NCBI GenBank assembly: GCA_002841945.1
Contig: PHBI01000014.1
Span: 5,606-69,605, forward strand
Direction of reading: 5' to 3'
Source of the DNA: Deltaproteobacteria bacterium HGW-Deltaproteobacteria-14
GTDB lineage: Bacteria; Myxococcota_A; UBA9042; PHBI01
Length of the DNA stretch: 64,000 nt
Shown here: one piece after another, positions 40,998 to 50,360 of the stretch
How positions within the stretch are numbered: position 1 is the stretch's first letter
Layout of the letters: each line of letters begins with the position of its first letter
The notes under the pieces: generated by a model
What the model was told of the DNA's origin: nothing
Database searches by the model: none
What the model saw: the letters and a program-made list of their open reading frames with translations, nothing else
Made by a program: the position numbers and the translations under genes

Positions 40998-42359
40998 TCA
41001 GTCCACGCGGGTCAGGACCATCGTCCCGTGGGAGCACCACGCGGCGTCGCCGTCCGGCGGCGGCGCTTGGCCGAGCAGCATCCAACCGTCGACGAAGCTG
41101 CCGGTGAGGCTGCTGCGGTAGGACGCCAGCTCGACGTGGACCCAGGTCATCGGCGACGGCTCGCTGCAGTAGCTCAGCATGTCGAGGTCGAAGGACACGG
41201 TGCCGTCCCCGGCGACGAGCAGAACGGTCTGCGCGCCCATGACCTCGTGGATCCAGGCGGGACAGCCAGAGTCCACGCAGTCGCTCGGGACCAGCGTCAT
41301 GATGAGCTCACCCTCCTCGACCCCGATCTCGGCGTCGAACGGGAACACCAGGCCCTCGAAGCCGTCCACGCGGACCTCGCCACGGTACATCCCGGGTAGG
41401 CCCAGGGCGTTCGTCTGCAGGCACCACCCCGCGACGTCGAGCCCGTCGGCCGGCGGGCGCGCCGGCACGTCGGCCTCGCCCGCGCCCCCGGGCGCCTGGG
41501 CGGCCCCGCCGTTCATCCACGAGGATCGCACGGTCCCCCAGACCCAGTAGGCGGCACCCCAGACGACCGGCGTGCAGGTCGACCCGCAGCTCTCGAAGCA
41601 GGCCCACGGGTCGCCGTCCCACCCGGTCGGGGCGAACAGCTGCACCGTCGGCTGGGCGTAGAGCGTCGCCGCCGCGCCGACGGGGTACTCACAGGTCTCG
41701 CACGCGTCCTCCGCTCGCCCGGCGAACGGGTAGTAGCAGGTCGCGCCCGCAGGGGAGTAGGGCACGGCGTGCCCCGCCAGCGTCGCCGTTTCGCCGGCCC
41801 ACGCCGTCCACCGGAACGCGTCGGCGTTGATGGCGTTCGCGCCGCTGCAGCCCACACCGCAGCCCGGGATGAGGGAGTGGACACAGGTGTCGTTTGGGCC
41901 GCAGGTGTCCTCGGTGCACGGGTCGCCGTCGTCGCAGGTCTCGGCGGTGCACCAGCCGCAGCCGATGATGGGCTCGTGGGCGCAGTAGGCCCAGGTGTAG
42001 TCGGTGCAGTCCGCGCCGGTCGCGTAGCACACGTCCCGCGTGCACGCGTCGCCGTCGTCGCACCCGGCGTCGTCGGCGCACTCCGGGGGCTCGGCGGCGG
42101 CCCGCTTGTCGGTCGTGGAGGTCGCCGTGCACAGCCCCGTCGCCGGGTCGCAGGCGTCGACCGTGCAGGGGTCGCCGTCGTCGCAGACCCTACCGGCGCA
42201 CAAGTTCGTGGTCGTGGTGTCGCTGGCGACCGTCGTGTCTGACGCGACGGTGTCCGTCTGGCCCTGACGGCCGCCGCTGCGCGCCTCGAGGCAGCCGGCG
42301 AGCAGGAGGCCGGCGAGCGCGGGGACGGCGAGGATGAGTCGAAGGTCACGGGTCGACAT
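40998..42359 (-). CDS. Cys-rich lipoprotein (GC-LEA lipobox), paralogue of 42402..43715
   Basis: LAGC-LEA lipobox, DT stalk, CDDGDPCT repeats, AAYWVWGT and WCLQT motifs. Confidence 0.85.
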   Translation of the reverse strand: MSTRDLRLILAVPALAGLLLAGCLEARSGGRQGQTDTVASDTTVASDTTTTNLCAGRVCDDGDPCTVDACDPATGLCTATSTTDKRAAAEPPECADDAGCDDGDACTRDVCYATGADCTDYTWAYCAHEPIIGCGWCTAETCDDGDPCTEDTCGPNDTCVHSLIPGCGVGCSGANAINADAFRWTAWAGETATLAGHAVPYSPAGATCYYPFAGRAEDACETCEYPVGAAATLYAQPTVQLFAPTGWDGDPWACFESCGSTCTPVVWGAAYWVWGTVRSSWMNGGAAQAPGGAGEADVPARPPADGLDVAGWCLQTNALGLPGMYRGEVRVDGFEGLVFPFDAEIGVEEGELIMTLVPSDCVDSGCPAWIHEVMGAQTVLLVAGDGTVSFDLDMLSYCSEPSPMTWVHVELASYRSSLTGSFVDGWMLLGQAPPPDGDAAWCSHGTMVLTRVD

Positions 42360-42401
42360 GGCGGGGCTCCGCGGGGGGGCTGGGGGCAAGCTGTGTAGAG
42401 C

Positions 42402-43715
42402 CTACGGCTGGCGGGTCAGCGACAGCGTCCCGTGGGCGCAGTAGGCGCCGTCGCCGCCGCCGCCGCCGCCGAGGAGCTTGTCGTGGTAGTCGCCGGCGAG
42501 CGTGTTGCGCTGCGAGAAGAGTTTCGCTGTCGGCGGCGGTAGGACGGCGTTGCAGATTGTGGGCGACGCGATGTCGAAGGCGATCCAGCCGTCCCCGACC
42601 GTGACCGGGACGGTCTGCGGGAAGAGGTAGCCGATGGCACTCTGGCCGCAGCTCGGGCACTCCGGCTCAGAGAGCCGGGCCCGCAGCTGGCCGTCGGTGG
42701 CGATGAAGAGGTCGGCCTCGAGGTCGAAGACGTTCTCCGGGAACACATCGGTCGTGTAGGTCCCGACGTAGCGTCCGACCAGCGCCGTCGGGGTCGTCTG
42801 GAGGCAGTAGTCCCAGACCATCAGTCCGTCTGCGGGGGGGATCGCGAGGGCGTCGCTGGCGCCGGCGCCGTCCGCCGCGCCGGCCAGGTCGTAGCGGCTG
42901 TAGGTCGTGCCCCAGGCCCAGTACGCGGCGTCGTAGAGGAGGGGAGCGCACACCGGCGTCTGGTCGCTGCAGTAGTTGTAGTAGCAGTACCAGGTGGAGT
43001 CGTCGCCGTCGGGGAGCGCGCTCGCGGACAGCGCCATGACCGCCCCGGCCGTGTCCATGAGGCCGGGGCCGCCGCTGCACTCGCACAGGCCGTCGTCGCA
43101 GTAGGCGTAGGGGGCGGGGGCGACCGCCCCGGCGAGCTTCACCGGCGTCCCTACCGGCACGCCGTACATCGCGTCGCTGTGCGACCTGACGTCGACGCCG
43201 CTGCAGCCGAAGGCGCAGTCCTCGGCCGGCACGAACTCGCAGCTGCCATCCGCCTTGCAGACGTCGAGGGTGCAGGGGTTGCCGTCGCTGCAGCCCGCGA
43301 CCTGACAGCCGCCGCAGCCCGCGATCGGCTCCGAGCTGCAGTAGGCCCACTCGAACGTCCCGCAGCCGCCGGCGCCGGGGACGCAGTTGTCGGCGGTGCA
43401 GGGGTCGCCGTCGTCGCAGTCTTTGTCGACGACGCACATCGGGTAGGCCGCCTCGGCGGCGGTGCTTGGGACCTGGTAGTGCTGGCACTCCCCGGTCGTC
43501 GCCTCACACTCGTCGTAGGTGCACGGGTCGCCGTCGTCGCACGACTCGCCGGCGCAGAGGTCGACGGTGGTGTCGCTCTGGACGCTGGTGTCCGTCGCGA
43601 CGGTGTCGCCGCCGCCGGTGTCGCTGCTCGCCCCACCGCGCCCGGCTTCGAGGCAGCCACCCGCGCTGGTGGCGGTGGCGAGGATCATGGCGAGGAGCAG
43701 GGCGATGCGGTTCAT
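42402..43715 (-). CDS. Cys-rich lipoprotein (GC-LEA lipobox)
   Basis: GGAGG RBS, AGGC-LEA lipobox, CDDGDPCT repeats, AAYWAWGT and YCLQT motifs. Confidence 0.85.
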   Translation of the reverse strand: MNRIALLLAMILATATSAGGCLEAGRGGASSDTGGGDTVATDTSVQSDTTVDLCAGESCDDGDPCTYDECEATTGECQHYQVPSTAAEAAYPMCVVDKDCDDGDPCTADNCVPGAGGCGTFEWAYCSSEPIAGCGGCQVAGCSDGNPCTLDVCKADGSCEFVPAEDCAFGCSGVDVRSHSDAMYGVPVGTPVKLAGAVAPAPYAYCDDGLCECSGGPGLMDTAGAVMALSASALPDGDDSTWYCYYNYCSDQTPVCAPLLYDAAYWAWGTTYSRYDLAGAADGAGASDALAIPPADGLMVWDYCLQTTPTALVGRYVGTYTTDVFPENVFDLEADLFIATDGQLRARLSEPECPSCGQSAIGYLFPQTVPVTVGDGWIAFDIASPTICNAVLPPPTAKLFSQRNTLAGDYHDKLLGGGGGGDGAYCAHGTLSLTRQP

Positions 43716-43746
43716 ACGGCCTCCGAGGCGAGCGTTGGCGCAGAAC

Positions 43747-43761
43747 GCAAGCCGCGTGCCA
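43747..43761 (-). promoter_or_regulatory. Sigma54 (RpoN) -24/-12 promoter
   Basis: Minus strand TGGCACGCGGCTTGC, exact GG-N10-GC spacing, 31 bp upstream of the 43715 ATG. Confidence 0.8.
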
Positions 43762-43917
43762 GCAGCAAACACTCCGGATTTACTGGCGGTATTCGGTAGG
43801 TTCCCGCCCTCGCACCCGCGAATGATCACAGGTGTAGAGAACTTGCACACCGTCCGCTACCGGCCCGGCGCGTCCGTCCGCGCCCGCGCAGTCCCCGCCG
43901 CTGAGCCGGGTCAGCCT

Positions 43918-44472
43918 TCACTCACCCCACGGGTTCGCCTCGTCGAGGCGGTCCGTCTCGCCCCCGGGCAAGGGCGGCGGCTCCTCCCCGGCGAGGAAGC
44001 GGGAGAGCTCGGCGTCGGTGGCACCGATGGCGCGCGCGACGCGGCGCAGGTACACCCCCTCTCGGGCGTGCAGGACGCTGTCGGCGTCGGTGACCCGGGA
44101 CACGAGATCGAGGAGCTCCACGCGATCGCGCTCGCTGCTCGCCCGGAGCTGGTGGCAAGCCACCTCGACGTCGAAGGCCCGCGGGTCGAAGGCGCGCATC
44201 GCCTCCTGGACCGCCGGCGGCAGCGGGGCCTGGTCGACGAAGCGCGACAGGATCTCGGCGATCACGACCGCCTCGGTCGCGGCGTAGAACCCGTCGGCGT
44301 GGGCCGCGCCCAGCAGCACGCGGGCGAGCACCGCCATCTGGGCCACGTGTGGTTCGAGGCCGTCGACCACCTCGCCCGCGCCGCGCGTGACTGCCTCCTC
44401 GAGCGCCTCGGGGGGCAGCGGAGGCGGGCGGAGGGCCGGGTTGAGGGTCGCGTGCAGGTCGTCGAGTCGCAT
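43918..44472 (-). CDS. TerB-family (tellurite-resistance-like) protein
   Basis: AAHADG..E..I and V..AD..LHAREG.YLRRVA..IG twin-helix TerB pattern; ATG overlaps the amidohydrolase stop. Confidence 0.8.
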   Translation of the reverse strand: MRLDDLHATLNPALRPPPLPPEALEEAVTRGAGEVVDGLEPHVAQMAVLARVLLGAAHADGFYAATEAVVIAEILSRFVDQAPLPPAVQEAMRAFDPRAFDVEVACHQLRASSERDRVELLDLVSRVTDADSVLHAREGVYLRRVARAIGATDAELSRFLAGEEPPPLPGGETDRLDEANPWGE

Positions 44473-45716
44473 CAGCGGTGCTCCGGCTCGGAGATGGCGT
44501 CGAAGGTCGCGAGGATGGCCCGCCCCATGACCCGCATGGCGACGCCGATGGCGCGCTCGTCGACGTCGAAGGTCGGGGTGTGGAGGTGGCGCGTCGGGTG
44601 TCCGGGCGTCCGTACGCCGACGCGCAGCATGTAGGTTGGCAGGGCCGCGCTGAACTCGCCGAAGTCCTCGGCGCCAGTGCTCGGGACCGTGACCTCGACC
44701 ACCCCGGAGGGGCCGAGGACGTCGTCGGCGGCGAGCTTCAGGACCTTGTGCAGGCGCGGGTCGTTGTGGGTCGGCGGGGAGCCGAGGGCGAAGCTGACGT
44801 CGGCCGAGCAGCCGTGCACCAGCGCGGCCGCCTCGGCGGTGCGGCGCACCTCGCGGTGCAGGCGCTCGCGGGTGTCGTTGTAGAGGGTCCGCAGCGTCCC
44901 GGTCAGGCGCACCCGCCCGGCGATGACGTTGTCGGCGTCGCCGCCGTGGATGGTGCCGAGGCTCAAGACGGCGGGCTCGACCGGATCCACCACGCGGCTG
45001 ATCATCGCGTAGAGGGCCTGCACGACCCCGGCGGCCCCCAGGATGGCGTCGTGGGCGAGGTGTGGCCGCGCCCCGTGGCCGCTCTCGCCGATGACCTCCA
45101 CGCTGATCTTGTCGGAGGTCGCCGTCAGCGGCCCGACGCGCACGCCGACGTGCCCGGTGTCGCGCATCGGGTCGGCGTGCAGCGCGAGCGCCGCGCGCGC
45201 GCCCTTCGCGACGCCCTCGCTCAGGACGGCGGCCGCGCCGCAGGGGAAGACCTCCTCGGCGGGCTGGAACACGAAGCGGACGCGGCCCGGCAGGTCGGGG
45301 CCGAGGCGGTGGAGCGCCCGCGCCAGCCCCGCGGCGACCGCGGTGTGGAGGTCGTGGCCGCAGGCGTGGCAGACGCCCTGCACCTCGCTGACCACCGCGG
45401 CCCCGCCGCGCTGCTTCATGTCCTGGATCGGCAGCGCGTCGATGTCGGCCCGGTAGATGACGGGGGCGTCCCCGGCGCCGACGTCCACGACCAGCCCGGT
45501 CTTGGCGACCGGGTGGGGCTCGAGCCCCGCCGCCTCGAGCCAGTCGCTCAGAAACCGCTGGGTGCGGTGCTCGTGCCACCCGAGCTCGGGGTGGCGGTGG
45601 AGGTGGCGGCGCACCCCGATGGCCGCCGACTCGACCTCGGACAGCAGCCCATCGAGCCGTTGATGCAACGCAGCGCGCCGCTCCTGAGTGATCCCAGTCT
45701 CCACACCCAGCTCCAT
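44472..45716 (-). CDS. M20D-family amidohydrolase
   Basis: RRHLHRHPELG, RADIDALP, HACGHD, FQPAEE, GAEDF, HTPTFD. Confidence 0.93.
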   Translation of the reverse strand: MELGVETGITQERRAALHQRLDGLLSEVESAAIGVRRHLHRHPELGWHEHRTQRFLSDWLEAAGLEPHPVAKTGLVVDVGAGDAPVIYRADIDALPIQDMKQRGGAAVVSEVQGVCHACGHDLHTAVAAGLARALHRLGPDLPGRVRFVFQPAEEVFPCGAAAVLSEGVAKGARAALALHADPMRDTGHVGVRVGPLTATSDKISVEVIGESGHGARPHLAHDAILGAAGVVQALYAMISRVVDPVEPAVLSLGTIHGGDADNVIAGRVRLTGTLRTLYNDTRERLHREVRRTAEAAALVHGCSADVSFALGSPPTHNDPRLHKVLKLAADDVLGPSGVVEVTVPSTGAEDFGEFSAALPTYMLRVGVRTPGHPTRHLHTPTFDVDERAIGVAMRVMGRAILATFDAISEPEHR

Positions 45717-45907
45717 TGTGCGTTTGCAGCAAACGAGGTGGCGGCGGGCCGCCTCACGGACGCCGAGTCAGCATAGCATGGATGCGCGCTCGGCTCGTGG
45801 TCCGGAGCGCGCGGGTCGCGCTCGGGGGGGGCAGGTCACGTGGGGGTCCCGTCGCGGCGTCGGATGCGGTATGACACCGGCGACGAGCCAGACCGGAGGG
45901 ACACGTC

Positions 45908-47332
45908 ATGGCCATCGAGCTGCCCGCTCCGCCCCCGCCGACGCGTGACATCTACACCAACCGCACGCTGAACCTGCGGGCGATCCGCGCGATCGGCTAC
46001 GACATGGACTACACGCTGGTCCACTACCACGTGGATGTGTGGGAGCGGCGCGCCTTCGAGTACGCCCGGGACCGCATGGTCGAGAGCGGCCTGCCGGTCG
46101 GCCACCTCGAGTTCGACGACCAACTCGTCGAGCGCGGGCTCATCATCGACACCCACGCCGGCAACGTCGTGAAGGCCGACCGCTTCGGCTACGTGAAGGC
46201 CGCCGCCCACGGGACCGCGCCGCTGCCGTTCGTAGAGCTGCGCGAGCTCTACGGCCGGCTCTTCGTCGATCTGCGCGACGAGCGCTGGGTCTTCATGAGC
46301 ACGCTGTTCGACCTGTCGTTGGCGGGCCTCTACAGCCAGTGCGTCGATCTCCTCGACGCCGGTCGGTTGCCGGGGGTGATGGGGTACCGGGATCTGTTCG
46401 CGCGGGTGCGCCGTGGGCTCGACTCGGCGCACATCGAGGGGGCGCTGAAGGCCGAGATCATGCAGGATCCGGCGAGCTACGTGGACCTCGACCCGGACGG
46501 CCCGCGCGCGCTCCTCGACCAGAAGGACGCCGGCAAGAAGCTCCTGCTCATCACCAACAGCGAGTGGGTCTTCACCGACGCCATGATGCGCTTCGCCTAC
46601 GAGCGCTTCCTGCCGGCCGGGATGCGGTGGCGCGACCTCTTTCACATGGTGATCATCCAGGCGCGCAAGCCGAGCTTCTTCACCGACTCGAACCCGATCT
46701 TCGAGGTCATCAACGATCAGGGGCACCTGCGCCCGCTGGTGGGGCTGCCGCAGGCGGGCGGCGTCTACCTCGGCGGCCACGCGGGGCTGGTCGAGCAGGC
46801 CCTCGGCCTCTCCGGCCTCGACTTCCTCTACGTCGGCGACCACATCTTCAGCGACGTCAACGTCTCCAAGAGCACGGTGCGGTGGCGCACGGCGCTGGTC
46901 TTGCGCGAGCTCGAGCGCGAGATCGAGGCCGCCCATGACTTTCACGCCGACGAGGTCGAGCTCGGCGCGCGGATGGCGGAGAAGTCGACCCTCGAGCAGC
47001 AGCTCGCCCAGCTCCGCCTGCTGCGACAGCGGCGCAAGCACCGCCGCCCTGGCGCCGTCGACGCGCCGCAGGGCCAGATCGACGCCGAGCACGAGCGCAT
47101 CAAGCAGGCGCTCGCGCAGCTCGACACCGAGATCGCCCCCCTCGCCGAGCGCGCCAGCCGCGTGCAGGGGCGCTGGGGTCCGGTGATGCGCGCCGGGATC
47201 GACAAGAGCCACATGGCGCGGCAGATTGAGCGTTACGCCGACGTGTACACCTCGCGCGTCTCGAACTTCCTCTTCGCCACGCCCCACGTCTACCTGCGGC
47301 CCCCGAAGAGCAGCCTCCCCCACGACCCGTGA
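45908..47332 (+). CDS. HAD-IG family 5'-nucleotidase (cN-II/NT5C2-like)
   Basis: IYTNRTLNL, GYDMDYTL (DxDxT), LLITNS, ARKPSFF, YVGDHIFSD. Confidence 0.93.
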   Translation: MAIELPAPPPPTRDIYTNRTLNLRAIRAIGYDMDYTLVHYHVDVWERRAFEYARDRMVESGLPVGHLEFDDQLVERGLIIDTHAGNVVKADRFGYVKAAAHGTAPLPFVELRELYGRLFVDLRDERWVFMSTLFDLSLAGLYSQCVDLLDAGRLPGVMGYRDLFARVRRGLDSAHIEGALKAEIMQDPASYVDLDPDGPRALLDQKDAGKKLLLITNSEWVFTDAMMRFAYERFLPAGMRWRDLFHMVIIQARKPSFFTDSNPIFEVINDQGHLRPLVGLPQAGGVYLGGHAGLVEQALGLSGLDFLYVGDHIFSDVNVSKSTVRWRTALVLRELEREIEAAHDFHADEVELGARMAEKSTLEQQLAQLRLLRQRRKHRRPGAVDAPQGQIDAEHERIKQALAQLDTEIAPLAERASRVQGRWGPVMRAGIDKSHMARQIERYADVYTSRVSNFLFATPHVYLRPPKSSLPHDP

Positions 47333-47343
47333 TGTGAGAGCCC

Positions 47344-48585
47344 ATGAGCAGGAGCGCCGTCGTCTCGAGGATCGCGCACGAGGCCTGCGTCAACGCGCCG
47401 TCCTCGATGCCGTCGGGGGCGTGGTGGAGCCGCCTGCCGTGGGACTTCGCGAAGAGCGACGAGAGCTTCGATCTGGCCTGGATCGATCGGCTCCGGGTCG
47501 AGGCCACGGCGGTGGTCGACGTGGCGGTGCGCACGAGCGGCGCCGCGGCGCTGGCCGGCTTGGCCGTCCCGCTGGGCTACCACCCGGGGGCGCTCCGGGC
47601 GGCCTTCGGGGACCGCGAGTTCTACGAGGGCTTCGCCCGCAACGGTGATCCGGCGCGCTTCTTCGCCAAGCCGCGCGAGCGCGCCGCGATGCGGGTCCGC
47701 GAGGTTCGCCCGCCGCTGTTCACGCCCCGGGACGCGGTGGTCGAGGACCTCAAGTTCGAGAGCGGCTTCACGCCGGTGAACCCGCGCTTGCGCAGCAGCT
47801 ACCTGAGTCATCGCCAGAACCGCTTCGCGCACGTGCGCTACTGGCGCCACCGCGGCGGGCCGCGCCCGACGGTCATCGCCATCCACGGCTTCGGCGCCGA
47901 GGGCTACGCGCTGAACTCGTGGTTCTTCGCGCTGCCGTGGTTCTATCGCGAGCTCGGCCTCGACGTGGCGATCTTCAACCTGCCGTTCCACGGGCGGCGC
48001 CAGACGCGGCTGTCGCCCTTCTCGGGGCACGGCTTCTTCGCCGGCGGCCCGTCGCGCATCAACGAGGCGTTCGCGCAGGCGGTCTACGACTTCCGGACGC
48101 TGGTCGACTACCTCGTCGAGGACCGCGGGGTGACCGCCCTCGGGGCCACCGGGGTGAGCCTGGGCGGCTACACCACGGCGCTGCTGGCGGCCACGGAGCC
48201 GCGCCTGGCCTTCGCGATCCCCAACGTCCCGGTGGTGACGCTGGCGGACCTGATCCTCGAGTGGGAGCCGCTCGGGACCTTGATGCGCGCGGCCATGCGC
48301 GGCTTCAAGAGCGACATCACGGAGCTCCGGCGGCTGCTCGCGGTGTCGAGCCCGCTGAGCTGGCGACCGGCGCTCCCGAAGTCGCGGCTGATGGTGATCG
48401 GCGGGGTCGGCGACCGCCTCGCGCCACCGAAACACAGCCGGCTCCTGTGGGATCACTGGGAGCGCTGCCGGCTGCATTGGTTCCCGGGGAGCCACCTGCT
48501 GCACCTCGATCGCGGCTCCTATCTCCGCGAGATCGCGAAGTTTCTCGACACCCTTGGGTGGCTCGAGCGCGACCCGCGCGACTGA
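47344..48585 (+). CDS. Alpha/beta hydrolase
   Basis: GVSLGG nucleophile elbow, GDRLAP, GSH; 11 bp downstream of the nucleotidase. Confidence 0.88.
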   Translation: MSRSAVVSRIAHEACVNAPSSMPSGAWWSRLPWDFAKSDESFDLAWIDRLRVEATAVVDVAVRTSGAAALAGLAVPLGYHPGALRAAFGDREFYEGFARNGDPARFFAKPRERAAMRVREVRPPLFTPRDAVVEDLKFESGFTPVNPRLRSSYLSHRQNRFAHVRYWRHRGGPRPTVIAIHGFGAEGYALNSWFFALPWFYRELGLDVAIFNLPFHGRRQTRLSPFSGHGFFAGGPSRINEAFAQAVYDFRTLVDYLVEDRGVTALGATGVSLGGYTTALLAATEPRLAFAIPNVPVVTLADLILEWEPLGTLMRAAMRGFKSDITELRRLLAVSSPLSWRPALPKSRLMVIGGVGDRLAPPKHSRLLWDHWERCRLHWFPGSHLLHLDRGSYLREIAKFLDTLGWLERDPRD

Positions 48586-48684
48586 TGGGGATGCGCGAGA
48601 TCGCTCGCGATCAATTCTTGCGCTCTCCGCAACACACCCGTTGCCAGCCGTCGCATCGGGGGATGCAGGACTCGTCCTGGCACC

Positions 48685-48723
48685 GCGCCCCGGGGTTCGA
48701 TACGACCCCGGGGCGCTCTTGTT
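48685..48723 (+). terminator. GC-rich hairpin, probable terminator
   Basis: 12-bp perfect stem GCGCCCCGGGGT / ACCCCGGGGCGC followed by TCTTGTT, between convergent genes. Confidence 0.6.
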
Positions 48724-48787
48724 GCTCCGAGTAGGGGGCATCCGGAACAGGGGGCGACGCGAAGCGGGCCGGGCGGTGGCGAAGCTC

Positions 48788-48896
48788 TTTACTTTTGCGT
48801 TGACGGTGGCGCCGTTCGTGGCCGCAAAAGTAAAAAGTAAAGGTGCCTGACCCCGCGCGGTTCTCCGAAAGGTGCCTGACCCCGCGCGGTTCTCCG
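48788..48896. repeat. Second copy of the AT-rich dispersed repeat: 12-bp inverted repeat plus 29-bp tandem duplication
   Basis: TTTACTTTTGCG (48788-48799) / CGCAAAAGTAAA (48823-48834); AAAGGTGCCTGACCCCGCGCGGTTCTCCG at 48839-48867 and 48868-48896. Confidence 0.85.
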
Positions 48897-48928
48897 GGCT
48901 GGTCTCGCGCGTTCCGACGCGGTCTCAG

Positions 48929-50290
48929 CTACTGGGTGAGCTTCACCGTCAGGTCGTAGCTGAAGGTGCCGGGGCCGGCCGCGCCGTTGAAGTCCATGAC
49001 GGCGAAGTAGAAGTCGACCGGGTCGGCGCCGCAGCTGCCGTTGCAGACCACGAAGCCGCCGGTGATCGAGGCCGCGCCGTTGCCGTCGGCGTCCCACTCG
49101 ACGTCCTGCCACACCATCTGGTTCTGGTCGGACTTGAAGACCGCGATGGCCGGCACGAACTCGCTCGACCCGGTGCGCGTCAGGCTGATCGTCGGGGTGG
49201 CGTTCGCGGGCGCCGTGAAGCGGTAGTACTTCGTCTCGCCGCCCAGCGTCAGCGCCTGGCTCGACACCGGGTGGGTCGGCCCGACCGAGAGCGTCCCGAG
49301 GTCCACCGGCGCAAACGCCGTCGTCCGCAGGCGCAGGGTGTAGCGGTAGGTCGTGCCCCCCACCGTGGTCGGCCCGTAGCCGGTCGGGGTCCAGGCGTCG
49401 TAGTTCGCGCCGTCCTCGACGACCAGGTAGATGGCCGAAGCCGACACGTACGGGAAGGCGATCGTCGTGCGCGCGCACGAGTCGCCCGGGGCCACGTCGC
49501 TGTTGAACGTCCGGATCTGGAACCCGTCGCTGGTGTAGACGATCGGGTCGATCGGCGAGCCGCTCGCCCCGGCCTGCACCGCGATCTCGATCATCGTGCG
49601 CGGCTGGGCGCGCAGCGCGATGACGTCGATGTCGGGGCCGATCCCGATGTCGTAGGTGTGCGAGCCGCCGTCGATGACGCCGAGGCCGCCGGCGTTGCTG
49701 CCCGGGCCCCCGAGATCGATCTCGGCGAGCCCGACGTGGGCCGCGTAGGTGCAGCCGGTCACGCAGTCGGGCCACTCGCTCGTGCCCTGGCCCTCGGTCA
49801 CGAACGCCTCGGTGCCCACCCCGGGGTCGACCTCGCACAGGGTGCCGGTCGGCGGCTGCACGGTGTCCTGGGGCGGCGCGGTGTCCTGGGGCTGAGCGGA
49901 GTCCGGCGCCTCGATGGTGTCCGCCTCGACGACGTCCTCGACCGGGTCGCCGTCGGGGACGCAGACGAACACGAGGTCCGCGCTGCCGCTGGTGATGCCC
50001 TTGCAGCCCCACCCGTTCGGGCACTCGTCGATGCACGTCTTGGAGCAGACGAAGCCGTGCGGCCCCTCGACGCAGTACTCGGTCTCGCAGTCGCTGTTCT
50101 CGTTGCACGGGTTGCCGAAGTCCGCCGGGAGGTTCCCGCTGTACACGGTGTCGGTCACGACCGTATCGAACAGCGCGACCTCACCGAAGCTCGTGTCGAA
50201 GCCGGTCTGCGACGACCCGGTGGAGCTGCCGCTGCAGGCGGCGAGCGGGGCGAGGAGGGAGGCGGCGAAGATGGGGGCGGTCAGGCGCAT
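48929..50290 (-). CDS. Lipoprotein with Cys-rich N-domain and PPC-like beta-sandwich domains
   Basis: Lipobox LAAC-SG; FGNPCNENSDC..CSKTC..CPNGWGC; DT-rich linkers; DIDVIAL and ETKYYRF pre-peptidase-C-terminal-like strands. Confidence 0.8.
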   Translation of the reverse strand: MRLTAPIFAASLLAPLAACSGSSTGSSQTGFDTSFGEVALFDTVVTDTVYSGNLPADFGNPCNENSDCETEYCVEGPHGFVCSKTCIDECPNGWGCKGITSGSADLVFVCVPDGDPVEDVVEADTIEAPDSAQPQDTAPPQDTVQPPTGTLCEVDPGVGTEAFVTEGQGTSEWPDCVTGCTYAAHVGLAEIDLGGPGSNAGGLGVIDGGSHTYDIGIGPDIDVIALRAQPRTMIEIAVQAGASGSPIDPIVYTSDGFQIRTFNSDVAPGDSCARTTIAFPYVSASAIYLVVEDGANYDAWTPTGYGPTTVGGTTYRYTLRLRTTAFAPVDLGTLSVGPTHPVSSQALTLGGETKYYRFTAPANATPTISLTRTGSSEFVPAIAVFKSDQNQMVWQDVEWDADGNGAASITGGFVVCNGSCGADPVDFYFAVMDFNGAAGPGTFSYDLTVKLTQ

Positions 50291-50360
50291 GGGCGGCACG
50301 ATAGCGCGCCGCTCCCCTGCACTCAACGCTGGCCTGCGCGGACCGTCCCCAGGACCGCCG

